Assembly (NCBI GenBank): GCA_905178155.1 | Contig: CAJINV010000001.1 | Coordinates: forward strand, 7,967,599 to 8,031,598 | From: Amoebophrya sp. A120 | Taxonomy: Eukaryota; Protista; Dinoflagellata | Length of the DNA: 64,000 nt | Direction of reading: 5' to 3' | Shown here: in pieces, positions 59,001 through 64,000 of the stretch | Numbering within the stretch: position 1 is the first letter of the stretch | Layout of the letters: each line of letters opens with the position of its first letter | Program-made: the position numbers and the translations under genes | Notes under the pieces: model-generated | Seen by the model: only the letters and a program-made list of their open reading frames with translations | Told to the model about the DNA's origin: nothing | Database searches by the model: none

Positions 59001-59683
59001 ACGCAGGGCGAGAGGCAAGAGAAACCACCACTAAGGGGCAGTCTAAGATGAGGAATAGAAGTGATGCAGTCGAAGATCACGAACCACAGCGAGGCCGGTC
59101 GAAGGAGCCGCGACGAGAGGAGCAACCTACGACTTCACGATCGTGCTCTCCCCCACCCGGCCGAGCCGGCGCAGTGGCTTCCTCGCCCAAGGTAAAAGCT
59201 GTGCCCCGAGCAAGGCCAGCGAGCGCGAGCTCGGCTTCCGCCGCGCCCGCTACAACTGAACAGAGCAACAATAAAGCGGCTACGACTTCTACTGCAGTTG
59301 TATCTCAGCAGAATGATGCGGAAATGCGCAGGAAGAAGCAGGAGAAGGAGCGTATGCTCGCAGCGATGCGCGCCCTCGAACAGCAGGAAGAGGAGCCGGA
59401 CCATGCGGATCATTCGCTGGACGATGCAGACCAGCATGTTGACGCCCGCCTTGATGACGCGGACATGCAGGTGGATGACGACGACGACTTCGGCGCATGG
59501 CTGATGCAGGACAAGAAGCCGCCTGCCGCGAAGCAGGGAAGAAAACAAAGCAGCAATCCTGCGCCGAAACGCAAGCAGAATGCAAAAGCCAAAGCGTCGC
59601 CGATGAAAAACAACGTCAAGAAGGACGAGAAAGGATCTGCGGGCGGTAATAGTAAGCCCGGGGGTGCTGGAACAAGAAGGTGA
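56033..59683 (+). CDS. Hypothetical protein (1216 aa): N-terminal coiled coil and long disordered S/P/A/R-rich C-terminus
   Basis: Long single ORF; heptad-like E/K/Q/L region at about aa 150-310. Confidence 0.78.
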   Translation: MLLTDKSSSEHQHKVDQNIKEQHRSRRADSIGSSGSLSSSKKAARRSSLGGPVGVDEYIRCTMREEIKEEVEDQMDEKMESLMSSFTAAMNQNNAVGRAASSITGVVAAPDNSGSVDQFQQHARGLALNNASRTTARVQQQLHHNNFVTLERFETVTQEMETKLENLENKLMKRTESELRTFRNDAQKQKQEILEVIRSELVPKQKRDFLDQARSEMNEQKNQILDLVREELQDQKKQQSNAFREESAHQRLNIAAIRNEMADLKADLAGIKSVLSKEVATIFQLIRKDHENKRTRAEEQAAILSQEKGYVTRDQLSDFLREMTDRWATSSSSDGEQEGNKDSTGRTSSTSSKRRRKEEESHVFAAGEVGDQIRGVREEHNFLRQDERGATTSLSKPRAGQQSQPPPSSSTGAARAQFQTQPEDHLPKDPPALGAQEVAAQKPHADNLEVRADHADRAAADQPNDIQDQQQETDVLPTGFEEEGLSAEDIFDADIVSAEDDRIDEAIFDDIDIPPFEDAVDKLPAGAEQQDEQGEAKNLPGAVVEEKRSRSGSARRTSGENFRPNAADVPIPAVNNLANKAQAEEVLQTSQQKKSTAPAEAGGVLDKKAQSRPASSAASHQRGAGRANVLSFYSRYEGADWSRQDDVDGPPGYQNDPEGAQARAAGVGVGSSSSRPKANSNQQAPLVEKRTRTPSPKRGAKRTSHATPEKKAPGSASKVIPGKALEKKDGKAVLIGSSGREHRLDMFAAPPEKRPGKTDITVMLSGPIKQDPFSKPLHATLFGQHPHEAAPPQSKNGSSNKARSTSPSSKDKVRGGRSPRGNDTSANHQEKNALPVTPERKFPLPSNLPSSNFLSGVSPRLAGRKSDSSLEGALADLDQLADAGTTPGASSKQSSPPATARTPAGVPLLDPISRTPKSIPTDHVASSPKVAQPRAKSFSFVRSASARRAPKLMEGLNVPTFGTAHQNGVPVMVLQGENGQKSVSGRVDGDAGREARETTTKGQSKMRNRSDAVEDHEPQRGRSKEPRREEQPTTSRSCSPPPGRAGAVASSPKVKAVPRARPASASSASAAPATTEQSNNKAATTSTAVVSQQNDAEMRRKKQEKERMLAAMRALEQQEEEPDHADHSLDDADQHVDARLDDADMQVDDDDDFGAWLMQDKKPPAAKQGRKQSSNPAPKRKQNAKAKASPMKNNVKKDEKGSAGGNSKPGGAGTRR

Positions 59684-60161
59684 GAAGTCGTAATTTGTAC
59701 GGTGCCGTTTTCTTGAAACCAAAACTTTTTAAGTATCTCGTCCATGCTAGTACTGTTTTTTTTGTGGTTGAATGACATGTAGCATGTTCTGCGGCGCACC
59801 GCATGATGTACGAGAACACTAGTTTTGCTACGCTTTTTTCAGACGCAATGAACTTTCTCACGGAAGAACTTCAGACGAACACACATGCTCCATAGAAAAT
59901 CCCGGCGATTTTTTTGAACCAATAGTACGAGCGCATGCTGCTTCTCTGCGACGAAGACACAAATTCAGCAAAGACGCATGTTTTGTGGAATGATTTTTGG
60001 AAGCTGCCGAGCTTTCGCCAAAACCCGTGTGTTCTGCTGTCATTCTTTTTTTGCTGTTGTTGGATATGCGGATTACTGTAAAAAATGCAGTTGTGTGCGG
60101 GAATATCAGTCTCAAAAAACTTGGGCTGTTCGTAGAAAAATAAGGATGCCTCTCCTTGTCA

Positions 60162-61229
60162 ATGCATCCCAACAGTGCTACTAGGGATGATCCGCCGGCA
60201 ATCAGCATCCAAAGGCAAAACCTTCTCGCAAGGGGACCTTCAACTGGCGAGGATGCTGGACAGGAGGCAGGAACGCTTGAGGGCCGCGCAAGGAGCCACG
60301 GCTCGCGCATCGCCACAGGGTTTCGTAAAACGGCACAGTGTCTGCGCCGTGCGGCGCGGTGCGTGTGCCAAAACATTCCCACGCTCTACCGTGTCTATGG
60401 TGCCGCGCAGCACGGCGGTCTCGCCACGTTCTTCACCTTCATTTGCCTCTTCGTGATCAATGACGTGACCTTTTCCGAAGTGTTTGCCGTATATTACGCG
60501 ATGGCGTTCTTTTTCCTTGGCCTCGGATGCTGCGCCGCGGACATGCGCGGCCTCTTGGGCTGGCGTGGACAGCTGTTGAAAGCCCCTGTCTTGCAGCAAC
60601 TCTGCATCTTCCTCCTCCTCGGGTGCGGCGCCATTTGTCTGGGAATCCAACAAGCCGCGGACTCCGCGTTTACCCTAGCCGAGAAGGATGAGAAGCAGTA
60701 CACTTTTCTGTTTTTCCCGGTCCTGTTACTCCTCTACGCACTGCTCGGGAGTGGCTTGTCGCTGGTGCTAGTGCTCACTTTCTTCCTCGTCTCTCGCGTC
60801 ACCTGCTACGTTGTCATGCGTTTCTGCACTCGCGGACGTGACCGTGATTGGCTACGGGGGAGATCGCGGCTAAAACGGGTTTTGGGACTCTGTTTTACCC
60901 CCTTGACGAAACGACAGTTGGAATTTGTGCTCTGCGGGTACCAAGTTCTCGGGGTCCTCATCGGAGCTTGGATCGCCTGGAATCTCACTAGTGACCGTTT
61001 CTTCCGAGCTTTGCGGCATCCGCTGGCGGAGCCACTGCCGGAGGGGCAACCGCTTGCGTATCTGCTGCCGTTCAACGTCATTTTCGGCCAGTTTCTAGGC
61101 TTTCACTTGGAGGACATGCGGAAATCCATCCGCGGACGAGTGTCGTTTTACCCGAGTCGCCTCTACCTGTTTCGTGATGGGGCAAACCAGATAGGCTCAG
61201 ATTCAGAGGACTATGCGGCTGTCGAATGA
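60162..61229 (+). CDS. Hypothetical multi-pass membrane protein (~355 aa)
   Basis: Single ORF with ~6 hydrophobic segments; no recognised family. Confidence 0.75.
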   Translation: MHPNSATRDDPPAISIQRQNLLARGPSTGEDAGQEAGTLEGRARSHGSRIATGFRKTAQCLRRAARCVCQNIPTLYRVYGAAQHGGLATFFTFICLFVINDVTFSEVFAVYYAMAFFFLGLGCCAADMRGLLGWRGQLLKAPVLQQLCIFLLLGCGAICLGIQQAADSAFTLAEKDEKQYTFLFFPVLLLLYALLGSGLSLVLVLTFFLVSRVTCYVVMRFCTRGRDRDWLRGRSRLKRVLGLCFTPLTKRQLEFVLCGYQVLGVLIGAWIAWNLTSDRFFRALRHPLAEPLPEGQPLAYLLPFNVIFGQFLGFHLEDMRKSIRGRVSFYPSRLYLFRDGANQIGSDSEDYAAVE

Positions 61230-61573
61230 CATTTCGAGGGTAGGAAAAGCTAGGTCATAGGCATATCCACGCATACGGATTCATTTTCATGAAAAATCAA
61301 ATTCATTGGATCATATTCATAACTTCAAAGTGCGTTGTTCTGTGTTTTTAACGTTTCATTCTTGACCGTTCTGTCGAGTCCAGCCAGGATAGGAGACGAG
61401 AGAAACTCCAGATCATGAGAGATGTCGAACGAGCGTGAAAGCAATTGCATAAACACGCTTTTCTCTGCGACTACTTAGGTTATTTCACGCGAAGCTGCGC
61501 TGTGCTAGGAATAAAATTTGAATGTTCATGTAGCACCATCAGAGCGCTTTTTACCCGCTCGTGGCAAAAGAAA

Positions 61574-61747
61574 ATGAAGTTGCCGGTAACTCTGTACGAG
61601 TGCGTGATGCACTTCGGGCCGATCCGTGCAACGCTGTACACCGGATTGTTTATCTATGCTTTGGACCGCGCTTGGTACAACGCAAAGGAATTCAGGGATC
61701 TACTGTCGAGGTCATGTCGCCCGCCAGGGTTTGCGCCATTGAAATAG
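61574..61747 (+). CDS. Possible first exon of a small single-TM protein
   Basis: AAAATG start, GC-richer than flanks, MKLPVTLYECVMHFGPIRATLYTGLFIYALDRAWYNAKEF; downstream exons unresolved. Confidence 0.3.
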   Translation: MKLPVTLYECVMHFGPIRATLYTGLFIYALDRAWYNAKEFRDLLSRSCRPPGFAPLK

Positions 61748-62590
61748 AAACTACGTTTCTCGCGATGAGGACGCTACAAGTTTATCTTTACCACAGATTT
61801 AATTCACTACTGTGCATGATCAGCTGCAACATCAGCAGTCGTGCAGAACGAAAGCACACATAAGCTAGTGGTTGCTCAGACACTCACGCTGTTCGTACAC
61901 GAAAATCACTTGAAACCTGCTGAATCGGTTTGCCAAACTTATCAGGACCCTTCTGCTGTGATGACCTAGTCAACGAGACAAGAGATCGGTGTGCCCTCGA
62001 GAAGTGTGTTTGCAGCACGTCCGCTCGTGTCCGTATCTGTACCCGACAAATGAAACATCGGCTTCGTGAACAGTATCGTACAACATAGTCGTGCAACATC
62101 GTACTACGTGCACCGACTTGTAAGTAAGTAGTGATCTTAACCCGGTGAAGATTGTTGCTTGCGCAGATGTTGCTTTTTTCTAAATTTGCCTTGCAGGATT
62201 TCGACGTAGCGACCCCCCTATATAGAAAAAGTGCGTAGATTCGGCCAGATTGCATCGAAGTAGGGTGAAGTATCACCGCATGCAACTGCACTAGTATACA
62301 AGATAGAAGCCGATTGGTGTCTACATTTGCTGTATCAGTCTTTTCACCATGTATCAGTGGGTGCTTCTTACTTTCTATATTAGCTTTCGAAGCGTATCAT
62401 GTGCCCGGTTGGCGGGTACTGGAGTAGATCTATTTGGCAGGGCGTGCTAAATTCTGACGCTACGCTCTGACATGCATCCTAAATATCACGGTGTAAACAT
62501 ACAGTTTTGCTAGAAGTGTACCCACTGACTATATCAGTTTTGACTCTTCTGAACCAGGATCAACGTTTGAGAGCCACGCCCGCCGCAGCC

Positions 62591-64000
62591 ATGTTGTCTT
62601 CACGTCCTGGCGCCCCCGTTGCTGTGGTTCAGCTCACGGAAGAGGACGAGCCACCGGGGACATCACGACCCCCATTTTCCGTGCCGAAACCCGTGCAGAT
62701 TTCGAAGCGATCTTGGACTTACCCACTCCTTTTCGAGGACATTGCGGCTTTTACTGCCACCACAGACCTCCACCATCAAGGCCTCACCGCGGGAGCAGGT
62801 GGCTCCTCTCCCCTTTCCGGCCCCGCCAGCCCGTCGGGCGATTTCAGGAGCGCGCAGCCGCATGGGATTTTGACCAGTGAAGACTTCTGTTGGGAGGATC
62901 GGTTCGTGGACCTTGCTCCGTTGGCGCGGGGGGGCTTCGGTCGCGTGTACTCAGCGGTTGACACTTTAAACCGGAACCGAAAAGTCGCGCTGAAAATGGA
63001 GAGCATAGGCAGCCGCCACGCGGTGTTACTGGAGGAGGCCAAGGTGTTGCAGAAACTGCAGGGGCTGATTGGCGTGCCGAGGTTGTTTGGATACGGAGTG
63101 CAGGGGATCCAGAATGTCATGGTGATGGAGATGGTGGGGCCCAGCATGGCCCAGATGCTGGCCCGCCACGGCTCGAACGAGTTCGATGTGAAAACCTGGG
63201 TCCTGATTGCGCTGCAGATGCTCCGGATCCTGGAGGGGATTCACAAGGCGGGCTACGTGCACCGCGACGTGAAGCCCAGAAATTTCGCGTTGACGATGCC
63301 GGCCAGCAGCGAGCCAGGTGGATACAGTGGGGAGGCTGGAGCAGGTAAATATGGAGGCGGAGCGGACGACTACACCGTGACGGGACTTTTGTCGCATAAC
63401 ACGAGTACGGATGCGCAACAGGGCAGCAGCGAAGGTGACAGCCACACTTTGTCATTCTTCAGTGGGAGCGGGAGGGAGCTCGGACTGGGAGCGAAAAAAG
63501 AAGAGGAAACGGCTACAACGACGGCGTCGTCCCGACGGTTCGGTTTTACTTCACAGCGCACGGCATCGGGCTTTCGCGTCGGAGCCAAGGGCTGGGGCTT
63601 TCGGTACGGAAAGTGCATCATTTTGCTCGATTACGGGCTCGCCAAGCCGATCGAGCGACGAACCACGGGAAGTAATAGTGCGGGCGGTTCTGCGCTTCCC
63701 GGCTTGCCGGGCGACCTAGACGGGACGGCGCGAACCAAGACTGCCGGCGCAGTCCTAGTCACGAAGCAGTCCAATGCTTACAAGTCTCGGTCGCAGCAGT
63801 TTTCTCCCTCCCGAGGATCAAATACTCCGATGATCGCCGGGCCTCTTTCTAATTCTAACCGTGGTAATTATGTTGGCCGCCCGGCCTCGCGAGAGTTTGC
63901 GCCGCCTGCCCGGGGCGGGAGCAACTCGCCACTTCAAGGCGGCGGCAGCCCGGTGCTGGCCCGGCAACGCGGCAGAAGCAACGATCTTCCCTCCCCGCCC
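62591..64000 (+). CDS. Casein kinase 1-family Ser/Thr kinase, 5' part (runs off the window; missing from the ORF track)
   Basis: Continuous frame from ATG 62591: LARGGFGRVY, VALKME, LLEEAKVLQKLQGLIGVP, VMVMEMVGPSM, YVHRDVKPRNF, IILLDYGLAK. Confidence 0.9.
   Translation, partial: MLSSRPGAPVAVVQLTEEDEPPGTSRPPFSVPKPVQISKRSWTYPLLFEDIAAFTATTDLHHQGLTAGAGGSSPLSGPASPSGDFRSAQPHGILTSEDFCWEDRFVDLAPLARGGFGRVYSAVDTLNRNRKVALKMESIGSRHAVLLEEAKVLQKLQGLIGVPRLFGYGVQGIQNVMVMEMVGPSMAQMLARHGSNEFDVKTWVLIALQMLRILEGIHKAGYVHRDVKPRNFALTMPASSEPGGYSGEAGAGKYGGGADDYTVTGLLSHNTSTDAQQGSSEGDSHTLSFFSGSGRELGLGAKKEEETATTTASSRRFGFTSQRTASGFRVGAKGWGFRYGKCIILLDYGLAKPIERRTTGSNSAGGSALPGLPGDLDGTARTKTAGAVLVTKQSNAYKSRSQQFSPSRGSNTPMIAGPLSNSNRGNYVGRPASREFAPPARGGSNSPLQGGGSPVLARQRGRSNDLPSPP

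Noticed and set aside
62583-62604. Resemblance to a relic dinoflagellate spliced leader (CCGCAGCCATGTTGTCTTCACG)
   Set aside because: Several mismatches, and it overlaps the kinase start codon and first codons; likely chance.

Overview
Eukaryotic, intron-containing genomic DNA. About 13 supported protein-coding genes, plus a few weak candidates, all lie on the + strand with short AT-richer introns. Co-orientation, long low-complexity inserts inside conserved domains and TIR-type intronic elements suggest a parasitic dinoflagellate-like alveolate such as Amoebophrya (inference, not verified). Recognisable genes: CFAP184/CCDC96; a ~4165-aa DUF6606/DUF3638/DUF3645 protein with SF2-ATPase motifs; a truncated RNF213 (mysterin)-like protein; an ATP-grasp peptide ligase; FolC/FPGS; an M50 site-2 protease; a class I SAM methyltransferase; and a CK1-family kinase running off the window end. 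The most striking system is five non-autonomous terminal-inverted-repeat elements (252-311 bp; consensus TATC...GATA ends; 5-bp target-site duplications) inside coding sequences. Removing each element plus one TSD copy exactly restores the reading frame. Two ~91% identical copies lie in opposite orientations. All five TSDs end in a purine, giving an RTAT donor like the local GTAY donor consensus, which suggests orientation-independent, hairpin-guided non-canonical splicing. A gene-poor 30.7-39.7 kb block holds hidden short-exon genes, a ~540-nt structured RNA candidate with RNase P-like termini, and a 156-bp satellite with a divergence gradient.
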